Origin: a virus | Taxonomy: Duplodnaviria > Caudoviricetes | IMG/VR virus record: IMGVR_UViG_3300025769_000012 | Location: 1 to 55,732 of that record | Length of the DNA stretch: 55,732 nt | Direction: 5' to 3' (one strand) | The notes under the pieces: model-generated | Databases searched by the model: none | Told to the model about the DNA's origin: nothing | Seen by the model: the letters and a program-made list of their open reading frames with translations, nothing else | Part shown: positions 25,484 to 34,004 of the stretch, in pieces | Position numbering within the stretch: position 1 is the stretch's first letter | How the letters are laid out: every line of letters starts with the position of its first letter | Position numbers and translations under genes: made by a program

Positions 25484-26260
25484 TTAAAACGGTGTGTCGC
25501 CGCCTACGGTATCGTCGTCCGTATGTTTAACAACAACATCTCCAGCCGTGATGCTGTCAGCAAACCCCTTTGCACGGGTGTACAAAGATGCTTCTGTGAT
25601 GGGGCCGTCCAGCGACATCTCCCAGCCATGCCAAGAGCCTTTGGAGTTTTCTTCACCAATGGTCTTGAGGTGGTAGATATGCGAGAAGCGAGGCGGGGTG
25701 AACGGGCCGTTCTTACCCTGCATCTGGCGGGAAGCCATCATGCTATTCCATTTACGCGACTTTTTGAGCTGCGTAGACTTCATAGCAATCAGCGCGGTTT
25801 CCGCCGACCCATCTTCTTTGATGATAATCACAAAGTGCTGGTGCGTTTCCTCGATGTAGTCGCCATCTCCTCCAACAACATATTCTTTGTTGTCTTCGGG
25901 TGAACGCTCCGTCTTGGGACGCTGATCTTGTGGCTCGTAAATTGCCACGGGCGCACCGCTTCCGCTGCCACGCGGAGCCCACTGAATAAACCGACGCTGG
26001 TAGGCACATGGGACAACCCGAATGCCTGTTTTACCTTTGACGATTTCACCAGTCACGGTGTTATAAATGTCGCCCTTACGAGCCTCTTCGTTTTCGTCCA
26101 ACACCGGGTCATTACCTGACAGAACTTTCAGGAACGGAAGAGCCATGTCCTCCTGTCCCATGTTCTCCATGCCACGGCCTGCGTCGGCTTCAAACATAGA
26201 TGGATCGAATTCCGTGATTGCGGTGTTTTGCTTAGTAGCTACTGCTTTAGTATCGGCCAT
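25484..26260 (-). CDS. Putative single-stranded DNA-binding protein
   Basis: Replication-module position; acidic tail ending ...GDTPF. Confidence 0.6.
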   Translation of the reverse strand: MADTKAVATKQNTAITEFDPSMFEADAGRGMENMGQEDMALPFLKVLSGNDPVLDENEEARKGDIYNTVTGEIVKGKTGIRVVPCAYQRRFIQWAPRGSGSGAPVAIYEPQDQRPKTERSPEDNKEYVVGGDGDYIEETHQHFVIIIKEDGSAETALIAMKSTQLKKSRKWNSMMASRQMQGKNGPFTPPRFSHIYHLKTIGEENSKGSWHGWEMSLDGPITEASLYTRAKGFADSITAGDVVVKHTDDDTVGGDTPF

Positions 26261-26262
26261 GA

Positions 26263-26844
26263 TTATTTACCTTTCTTGATGACTGCACGTTGACCAACCC
26301 ACGCTCCGAAAAGCTCCATAGGAAAGTCTTCCCCTTCTTCGACGCGTTCCTTGACGAAAGCGCGTAGCGTCTGCGGATGAATTTCTGTCTTTTGCTCGGG
26401 AACGTACCCTTGTTGCTGCGCGAACGCCGCAAACGAGCTTGCGAGATCGTCCTCTCCTCGTCCAAACTGGCACAAGACTGTATTCTTGATAATGTCATCG
26501 TACCCATGGTCTCGAAGCCACTCGTAGGCTTGAGGACGGTTATTTACGAGGATTGAAGCCCCGTAAGTTTGTTTAACTTCGACTTGTGAACCGTCGTCGA
26601 GGCTAAACGAAGAAATGCCAATCTCTGCAAGCATGGCTGGCATATCTTCATCCGTGAGCTTCAGAAGAGACTTCTTCTCATCTTTGAGAGTTTCCTCTAA
26701 AGATTTAATACGGTCTTCTTTGTCTCGGATTTGGCGGGCCAACGCAGCCACCGAAGTGAGCCCTTGTTGGTCTAGTTTTTCGACCGATGTTGCAAGCGTG
26801 TTTTCGAAATCCTGCTCCATCATTTTTGCGAGTTCATCACTCAT
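26263..26844 (-). CDS. Conserved replication-module hypothetical protein
   Basis: 193 aa; coiled coil, WLRDHG..DIIK, HPQTLRAFVKE; AAGGAG RBS. Confidence 0.8.
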   Translation of the reverse strand: MSDELAKMMEQDFENTLATSVEKLDQQGLTSVAALARQIRDKEDRIKSLEETLKDEKKSLLKLTDEDMPAMLAEIGISSFSLDDGSQVEVKQTYGASILVNNRPQAYEWLRDHGYDDIIKNTVLCQFGRGEDDLASSFAAFAQQQGYVPEQKTEIHPQTLRAFVKERVEEGEDFPMELFGAWVGQRAVIKKGK

Positions 26845-26883
26845 CGTCTGTCTCCTTTCGTGGTTAAAGGCACCTTTCGGGCC

Positions 26884-26924
26884 TTGACAAATGTAGATAA
26901 TATCTTATACTCGTGTCTTGTCAA
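26884..26924. promoter_or_regulatory. Overlapping divergent sigma70-type promoters
   Basis: + strand TTGACA-16-TATACT; - strand TTGACA-16-TATTAT, between divergent genes. Confidence 0.65.
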
Positions 26925-26948
26925 GCAGTATTTTCAACGGGGATAAAA

Positions 26949-28397
26949 ATGCACGGATTTGAGTTTAAGACCACGCCGTATGACCATCAGCGCAGAGCGT
27001 TGTCTGACTCGTGGGCCGCGGAATATTACGCGCTGTTCATGGAGATGGGGACGGGCAAGTCGAAGGTCGCCGTAGACAACATGGCCATCTTATATGAGAT
27101 GGGGAAGATCAACTCCGCGCTTATTGTTGCGCCCAAGGGGGTCTACGACAACTGGGTCAAGGGCGAGATACCGGTGCATTTGCCAGATCGCATTGACCGT
27201 CGCGTGTTGCGCTGGACCCCTGTCCGTACTAAGCGGTTTGAAGAAGAATTGATCGACATGATTACGTCGAAGGAAAAGTACCTGAAGATTTTTGTGATGA
27301 ACGTCGAGGCGTTCTCCACGCCGCGTGGGACAGAGGCCGCAGAAGCGTTTTTGTTCCAAAACCCAGACAACATGATTATCGTCGACGAAAGCACGACCAT
27401 CAAAAACCGCAAGGCGCAGCGTACTAAAAACATCGTGAAGTTGCGCGACCGAGCGAAGTATCGTCGCATTCTGACTGGATCGCCTATCACCAAGTCACCG
27501 ATGGACCTGTTTAGCCAGTGCGACTTACTTAACGAAAAGTGTCTCGGGTTTAACAGCTACTTTGCTTTCCAAGCCCGCTACGCCAACGTGCAGAAACGCA
27601 CTATGGGGCACCGTAGCTTTCAACAGATTGTGGGATACCGCCGTCTGGACGAGCTGTCGGAGAAGCTGGACAGCTTCAGCAACCGCGTCTTGAAGGAAGA
27701 CTGTCTGGACTTGCCGCCCAAGGTGTATATACGCCGCGAGGTTCCGCTCACCAAGGAACAAGAACGTCTGTATATACAGATGAAAAAGTTAGCTTTGGCC
27801 AAGATGGAAAGCGGCGAGTTGGCAACGACCGCCAGCGTCCTGACGCAGATCATGCGTTTGCAGCAAATTTGCTGTGGCCACCTCGCACCGGATGACGAAG
27901 AAATCCTGACAATCAAGAACAACCGTCTGGACGAGCTGCTGGGTCTAATTGAAGAGGTCAACGGCAAAGCCATTATCTGGGCCACCTACTCCCACGACAT
28001 CAAGATGATCGAACGCGAGATTGCCAAGCTATATGGTGAAAACAGCGTGGCGACCTATTACGGGGCAACCCCGCAAGACGAGCGTCAGGAAATCGTTAAC
28101 CGGTTCCAAAACACCCGTGATCCGCTGCGCTTTTTTATAGGACAGCCCAAAACAGGCGGTTACGGCATCACGCTAACGGCGGCCAACACCGTCATTTACT
28201 TTTCCAACAGTTACGACTTGGAAATCCGCTTGCAGTCAGAAGACCGTGCGCACCGAATCGGTCAGGGCCATAAAGTGACCTACATCGACTTGGTGTCTCC
28301 GGACACGATTGATGAGCGCATCTTAGAGGCGCTGCGGAACAAGATTGATATTGCCGGTCAGGTGCTTGGCGAAGACGCCAAAGACTGGTTGCGCTGA
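26949..28397 (+). CDS. SNF2-family (SF2) helicase
   Basis: MEMGTGKS, DEST, LTGSP, GGYGITLT, QSEDRAHRIGQ; ATG at 26949; the only major plus-strand gene. Confidence 0.93.
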   Translation: MHGFEFKTTPYDHQRRALSDSWAAEYYALFMEMGTGKSKVAVDNMAILYEMGKINSALIVAPKGVYDNWVKGEIPVHLPDRIDRRVLRWTPVRTKRFEEELIDMITSKEKYLKIFVMNVEAFSTPRGTEAAEAFLFQNPDNMIIVDESTTIKNRKAQRTKNIVKLRDRAKYRRILTGSPITKSPMDLFSQCDLLNEKCLGFNSYFAFQARYANVQKRTMGHRSFQQIVGYRRLDELSEKLDSFSNRVLKEDCLDLPPKVYIRREVPLTKEQERLYIQMKKLALAKMESGELATTASVLTQIMRLQQICCGHLAPDDEEILTIKNNRLDELLGLIEEVNGKAIIWATYSHDIKMIEREIAKLYGENSVATYYGATPQDERQEIVNRFQNTRDPLRFFIGQPKTGGYGITLTAANTVIYFSNSYDLEIRLQSEDRAHRIGQGHKVTYIDLVSPDTIDERILEALRNKIDIAGQVLGEDAKDWLR

Positions 28398-30010
28398 TCC
28401 TCTTGAGGCTCTCCATACGCGGCGTATTGGCGATAAAACTCGATACCACGAGCCTCTTCTTCGGTCTGTGGCGCTTGCTGCATGATGTTTGGGATCATCT
28501 GACGTGTCTGAGCGGGCTGTTCCGCGGGCCGTGTGCCGCCAAATACGCTTCCTAACCCGGACATCAGGTATTCGCTTTGAACCGGCGTAGGTGGCGTATA
28601 TCCGGGCGTACCAAGCCCCTCTGGACGCATCCTCGGTTTAGGTGAAGGGTCTTCTCCTTCGACACGGGTGTAAAACGCATTCATATCCGGCAGGATTTCT
28701 CCTGTATCCACACCGTGGATCATTGCAACATAGTTACGGGTTTCCTCGAAAGGTGGAACACCACCGTATTTCTGCACATTACCGGGGCCCGCGTTATACG
28801 CAGCGAGGGCCAAGGGCACTGTTTGGAAGGTGTTGAGTTGCTGGCGAAGGTAACGTGCGCCACCACGGGCGTTTTGGATCGGATCGTTCGGGTCCACGCC
28901 TAGTTCACGCGCCGTTCCGGGCATGAGCTGCATCAGACCGATAGCACCCTCCTCACTAACGGGGCCTTGGCGACCTTTGTTCTCGGTGTACATGACGCGT
29001 AGGTATAGCTCTGGGTCGACGCCCTCTTCCATGGCGATGTCGATAGGGTCAAACCCGTAGTCGTTAATCACCTTTTGGCGCATTGCAGTCAGGTCTTCAT
29101 CGGTTATGGCGGTGACGGCTCCGCCTTGTGCATAATTTCTGAATAGACCGGCCACGCCGCCTTCCTCATAGTTTCTAACTGCGGGTTCTTGTGTTTTTTC
29201 TTGCCATTCCAAAAAGTCTGCGAGTAACCCCGCCATTGAAGAGGACCATGGAAGCTCTCCGGTCAAACCCACTAAATAGTCCCCGGCAGAGGCACCGTAG
29301 TTTCCTCGATCCCATTCTGTTCGAGCATCGTCATAATAATTGTCGGGGTTTACTGCAAAATTTCTTACAATGTCGTGGAAGGGAAGTGTTCCACTATCCA
29401 ACAGCTCTTGTTGCGTCATTTCAGCCACGGGGTTTCCGCCATCTTCAAAACCCATGGCAGTCGATCCGAAACCCGACATGCCTGCTAAACTTACTTCTGG
29501 CGTTGATCCAAAAGTATCTCGACCAACCGTGTAAAACTGGCCCGGTGAAGTCATGACCGCTTGTGCCGTAGCAGCGGCGTTACCGCGCCGTGTTGCCCGA
29601 GCTTGTGCGGATTCGACAAATTCGTCGACGTCTTTTCCGCTAAAACCGGGGTCTGCCGGAGCAACGGGTGCCGAACCGCCCTCAAAAACGGGTGCTGTTC
29701 CGACCCATTCGCCGGGCGACGCCACGGAATTTGCCCACTCTTCATACGGTGTCGTGCGGTCAGTCTCGTTCCACGCAGCAATTGCCTCGTTGTAGGCGTT
29801 TGCGTTGTTTCTCCAGTTCTCCAAGTCGGTGTTGTACTGATTAACCTTGGCGTTATGGGCATCTACCAAGGTTTGGTAAGAGCCCGCCTCTGTTTTGTAC
29901 TTGTCGAGAGCCGTGTTGTAGAGGTTGATCCGGTTATCATAGTCTTCCATGATGTCCCGGTCATACTGGTAGTAACGGGCTTCCGGGGTGGCGTATCTAA
30001 GAATGCTCAT
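28358..30010 (-). CDS. Virion protein with lytic transglycosylase (SLT) domain
   Basis: TEN, GAIGLMQLMPGTA, GGARYL, ALAAYNAGPG, ETRNYV. Confidence 0.9.
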   Translation of the reverse strand: MSILRYATPEARYYQYDRDIMEDYDNRINLYNTALDKYKTEAGSYQTLVDAHNAKVNQYNTDLENWRNNANAYNEAIAAWNETDRTTPYEEWANSVASPGEWVGTAPVFEGGSAPVAPADPGFSGKDVDEFVESAQARATRRGNAAATAQAVMTSPGQFYTVGRDTFGSTPEVSLAGMSGFGSTAMGFEDGGNPVAEMTQQELLDSGTLPFHDIVRNFAVNPDNYYDDARTEWDRGNYGASAGDYLVGLTGELPWSSSMAGLLADFLEWQEKTQEPAVRNYEEGGVAGLFRNYAQGGAVTAITDEDLTAMRQKVINDYGFDPIDIAMEEGVDPELYLRVMYTENKGRQGPVSEEGAIGLMQLMPGTARELGVDPNDPIQNARGGARYLRQQLNTFQTVPLALAAYNAGPGNVQKYGGVPPFEETRNYVAMIHGVDTGEILPDMNAFYTRVEGEDPSPKPRMRPEGLGTPGYTPPTPVQSEYLMSGLGSVFGGTRPAEQPAQTRQMIPNIMQQAPQTEEEARGIEFYRQYAAYGEPQEDQRNQSLASSPST

Positions 30011-30011
30011 C

Positions 30012-33000
30012 TTAACCTCCCATCAAGCTGCCGATACCAAGAAGTTCACGGTCCTCTGGAAATAAAGCTGCAAACCTAGTCCGATCCACTGGTCCCGAAG
30101 ACTGGATAGGTGGCCGAGGAGGGGCCGCGGAAGCCTGTTGGACCGGACTAGATGCAGCTCCGCCGCCTTGCGTGGGAGATATGGCGGGCGGAACAAGAGA
30201 CCCTTGCTGGGTAGGCGCAGGTACAACTGGTGCAGGCGTCGGGACCGGAGCTGGAGCCGGAGCGGGCTGCTGCTCTTCTTCGATGCTTTGCAGGTAATTC
30301 TGGATTTCCAGAGCGTCTTGCTCATTCAAGTTCTGGACCGCGGGCGCTGTGCGGCGAATGCTGCTCATAATGCCGTTGTCGATCAAGCCTTGTACGAGAG
30401 CTTGGCCAATTCGCTGTTGCTCCTCTGGGCTTGAACCACGACGTAAGACCGTAGCCAAGAGCTGGGGGTCTTCCACAATCGTAGTAATGACGTCCATCCG
30501 CAGCGAAGCGGGTAGCTCTGAAAGGTATTGGTTTACAACACGCTGCGCGAACTGCGAACCGGCCTGACGAGCAATAAGGCTTTGCGTACTGCCGCTCATG
30601 GCCCGCTGACCCAAAGCACCCAACTCCGAACCGGAGATACGGGTAGCCAGCATAAAGAGCGGTCCAACCTGTTGTGCAAACTCTTCGATTTCGCCCGGTT
30701 TGGCGCGTGAAGAGAACGCTTGGATTTGTGCCATACGGCCAAGCAAGCGACGAGTGCGCGAAATGTCGCCCTCGCTCATAATGCCCCGCTCTTGCATCCA
30801 ATCTGCCAAAATTACGTCATTCGGAGAGTTCGGATGCGGTTCAAACATGGTGCGGTAAGCTGCTTCAATATCGAAGATCGGACCGTTTTCACCAGCGCGG
30901 TTGAACACGCTGTCCATAATTGATCGGCGGAAGCCGTTTACCAGCTCTTGCTTGCTGAACGTTTGACCGGCCATTGGTCCGGTCGTCACAGAAAATCCTT
31001 CGTCCCCCATTCCGTCGACATATGCCCAAAGGTCATTCAGGTCAGCAAACGGGCGCTCGTTTGTAAGCGAGATTGCACGAGAAACTTGCGTGGCAGGGTT
31101 CATTGTTTTATCAGGAAGCAGTTCATACAAGCTCAAAATGCCTCGACGGCGCTCTGCGGCAATCTCTGAAGTTTCCGTCGCAGTGTTTGTCAAAAGCTGC
31201 CGCGCCGTTCCAATGTTTTCGAGGTCTGACTTGAGCGCAGGCATCGAATCGAGCAACCGAGCGTTGTCTGGGCGACCCATCCAACGACGAAGTGCATCCA
31301 CGTTAAGCGTCCGGCTTTCTGGATCGAGGGCCGCGGCCCGTGCAGAGCGGAGCAGCATTTCAGAAGCGCCGCGAATGTCCGCATTTGCCGTAATCATTTC
31401 CGTTAGGTTCTGACGTAGGCCCGGAATAGCGTCAATATCGGCCTGATTGGCATCAAACCAAGAGTTAAATGCCTGACGGTCGATCATTCGGGTTTCTGGG
31501 TTAATAACGCCTGCGTCAGTAGCCGACTGCATCAAAGCTTGGCCCGCGGGAACGTCGCTTGCTTCCAGCAATGTGCTAAGAGACTGACCGAACTGGGTTT
31601 GACCAATCATGTCTAGTTGCTGGGCTCGCAGGTAACCCGCGTCGCCAGAGAACATGCGATTGGCTAGAACACCCACGGGGATCGAAGGAGCGCCGGTTCT
31701 GCGGGTGCCCAACACGTCACCCGCATACATGCGAGTGAAGACGTCATTGTATGCCCGGCTGTATGCACGGGCATTGTCGTATGCCGCATCCGCGCCTTCC
31801 GGGAAGGCGTCGAGGTCACGCAGCAAAGCATCTGCAAACTCGTAGGCAATACGAGCCTTGTCCGACCTACCGGCAGCGGATAGTTCACGCCCTGCATTCA
31901 ACGCGGTGTTTCGCATCGAAAACAGCTCTGATGCGCTAAGTGCGCCTTGCGGCGCAGGGGTGCCGTCCATGGCGGGTTGCTGCGTCTGTGCAATAAGAAG
32001 TTCAGCCTGACGATCCAGAGCATTGGCGTAGTCGCGAGTACGAGGAGTTGAGAAACGACCCCGCTGTGATCCAGCCTCTTGGCGAAGACGACGTACTGCG
32101 TCTTCTGTGGACATGCTGGCCAGCTCTTCAGATAACGCTTGGAACCGTTCGCTATATGTTGTGCCATCAATCTTCAGGAAAGCGGCATCAAAACGGCGTT
32201 GTTCTGGCAGAACAGGTGCGGCCCCGTCGCCATCCGAGCCAAAGCCGGGCAAGCCCAGTTCTTGGCCTTTGCGACGGACAAAATCGTCCATGTCGCGCAG
32301 TTCGGCAATACGCAGGATCGGGTTCCGCGCTTCAGGCATACTTTCGTCTGGCAAAAGGTCTTGCCAAGCACTGATGAAGTTAGGAGTGTCGGTTGGGTTA
32401 CCCGCCGCATCCCTAAATTCGGTAATTTCTATGTTTTGTGGAATTCTCCGCCACAAGCTACGTTCGAAACCGCGCATGGCACGTTGCTGTTCTCCGAGAA
32501 CACGGATCAACGCTTCCGCGCTATCCAAGTTGTCGACGTCCGCGCCCACCGCCCGCATGTTTTCTTGCAAACGGTTGGTTGCGGCCTGAATAGCACCTGT
32601 AATTTCGGCATCCCAAAGAGACGTTTGGACTTCTGCTAACTGGCCGAGCGCCTGACGGTCACCGTTGGCATACATGAACAGGATGCCGCGGCGTAAAGCA
32701 TCTACGGCTTTTTGCTGGTTTGAGCCTGTTCCTGTACCACCTTGTGCGCCGCGCTCCATTTGCAAACGCAGAAGCGTTGGGCTGCCGGTAAGTTCTGCGG
32801 CACTAAGCTGAATAGGCTGACCATCTTGGTCTACCAAGAAGCGAGAGAACTCTTCAGAGTTTAAAAGCTCTACAAGTGCCTGCGGGTCTTCTCCGTTGGC
32901 TTCAAGCTGGGTCAGCAAGTAATCCGCGGCATCCGCCATTTGTGCGTCGGACAGAGCGCCTGTCGCGTTAGCTGCGTTATCTGATTTGAAGCGACGTAAC

Positions 33001-34001
33001 AAACCTAAGACGCCGTCGTAAGCCAAGCTCAATGCTTGTGGAACACGCTTAACAACCGTGTCTCCCACCAAGCCGCCACCAATGCCGCCGACCATTTCTG
33101 CACTGAAACGAGCCCAAGCGTCGCCGGGGGCAACATTTTCAACACCATAAGCAAAAGCGCCTGTACCTACAACGGCACCAAGTTCTGTCAAACCAGTACG
33201 AATAGGAGTTTCGCGGGCCAAGGCCCCCGTGCGCTCCATGCTTGCCTCAACGCCACGAACCAGACGCGTGGACAGCGGTGCGCGAGCATCGGCTGCCAGA
33301 TTGTCCAACACGGCCCGTGCGCCAAGATTAACTTTGCCTGAAATAAGGAAAGGCATCGGCAAGAACGCGGCGGCACCCATGGTCGATTTACCCGCCTCAA
33401 ATGCAGCGGCAGTGCCGGGCACAAAGGTGGGTTCTGGACCAATCAGGGATTCTTGCGCGGTTCTGGTTGCCCAATCACCAAAAATTGCGCCACCAATACC
33501 GGTCAAAATAGGCACACCAACGCGAACTGCGGCAGTCCAAGGCGTTACCGGAGGAACGCCAGAAACAGAGAGGTTACCGGCTTGCATACCACCGTAAAAA
33601 CCACCGGCTGCGCCAGCGGCAGGGGCTGCCTCACGAGCAAAACCTTCCCAAAAACCGCCGCCTTCTTGGATCGGGCGGCCTTCTGCATCACGCGCAAACA
33701 AGGAAATAATTTGAGCGTCAGTTAATCCCCGACCTTGCTGCATACCTAAATCACGCAGAACACCGGCATCGCCGGCACGCAAAGCGTCATAACTCAGGTA
33801 ATTCGGACCGCGGTCTTGGATACGCGCATCACGAGATAACGTATTCGTGAGCATTTGGGCGAACCCGGGAACGGGATCGCCTTGTGTTCTTAGAACATCG
33901 ACGACTTCGTTGAATTCATCCTGTCCGAAGGTTGCTCGGGGAATGAACAAGCCTTCGGCAGGAGTAGTTGCTGTAGTGCCCGGAGTGTTTTCTTCAGCCA
34001 T
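30012..34001 (-). CDS. Large internal virion/ejection protein
   Basis: 1329 aa, helical, Gly/Ala-rich hydrophobic N-terminal segments; position in core-protein block. Confidence 0.7.
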   Translation of the reverse strand: MAEENTPGTTATTPAEGLFIPRATFGQDEFNEVVDVLRTQGDPVPGFAQMLTNTLSRDARIQDRGPNYLSYDALRAGDAGVLRDLGMQQGRGLTDAQIISLFARDAEGRPIQEGGGFWEGFAREAAPAAGAAGGFYGGMQAGNLSVSGVPPVTPWTAAVRVGVPILTGIGGAIFGDWATRTAQESLIGPEPTFVPGTAAAFEAGKSTMGAAAFLPMPFLISGKVNLGARAVLDNLAADARAPLSTRLVRGVEASMERTGALARETPIRTGLTELGAVVGTGAFAYGVENVAPGDAWARFSAEMVGGIGGGLVGDTVVKRVPQALSLAYDGVLGLLRRFKSDNAANATGALSDAQMADAADYLLTQLEANGEDPQALVELLNSEEFSRFLVDQDGQPIQLSAAELTGSPTLLRLQMERGAQGGTGTGSNQQKAVDALRRGILFMYANGDRQALGQLAEVQTSLWDAEITGAIQAATNRLQENMRAVGADVDNLDSAEALIRVLGEQQRAMRGFERSLWRRIPQNIEITEFRDAAGNPTDTPNFISAWQDLLPDESMPEARNPILRIAELRDMDDFVRRKGQELGLPGFGSDGDGAAPVLPEQRRFDAAFLKIDGTTYSERFQALSEELASMSTEDAVRRLRQEAGSQRGRFSTPRTRDYANALDRQAELLIAQTQQPAMDGTPAPQGALSASELFSMRNTALNAGRELSAAGRSDKARIAYEFADALLRDLDAFPEGADAAYDNARAYSRAYNDVFTRMYAGDVLGTRRTGAPSIPVGVLANRMFSGDAGYLRAQQLDMIGQTQFGQSLSTLLEASDVPAGQALMQSATDAGVINPETRMIDRQAFNSWFDANQADIDAIPGLRQNLTEMITANADIRGASEMLLRSARAAALDPESRTLNVDALRRWMGRPDNARLLDSMPALKSDLENIGTARQLLTNTATETSEIAAERRRGILSLYELLPDKTMNPATQVSRAISLTNERPFADLNDLWAYVDGMGDEGFSVTTGPMAGQTFSKQELVNGFRRSIMDSVFNRAGENGPIFDIEAAYRTMFEPHPNSPNDVILADWMQERGIMSEGDISRTRRLLGRMAQIQAFSSRAKPGEIEEFAQQVGPLFMLATRISGSELGALGQRAMSGSTQSLIARQAGSQFAQRVVNQYLSELPASLRMDVITTIVEDPQLLATVLRRGSSPEEQQRIGQALVQGLIDNGIMSSIRRTAPAVQNLNEQDALEIQNYLQSIEEEQQPAPAPAPVPTPAPVVPAPTQQGSLVPPAISPTQGGGAASSPVQQASAAPPRPPIQSSGPVDRTRFAALFPEDRELLGIGSLMGG

Positions 34002-34004
34002 TTA

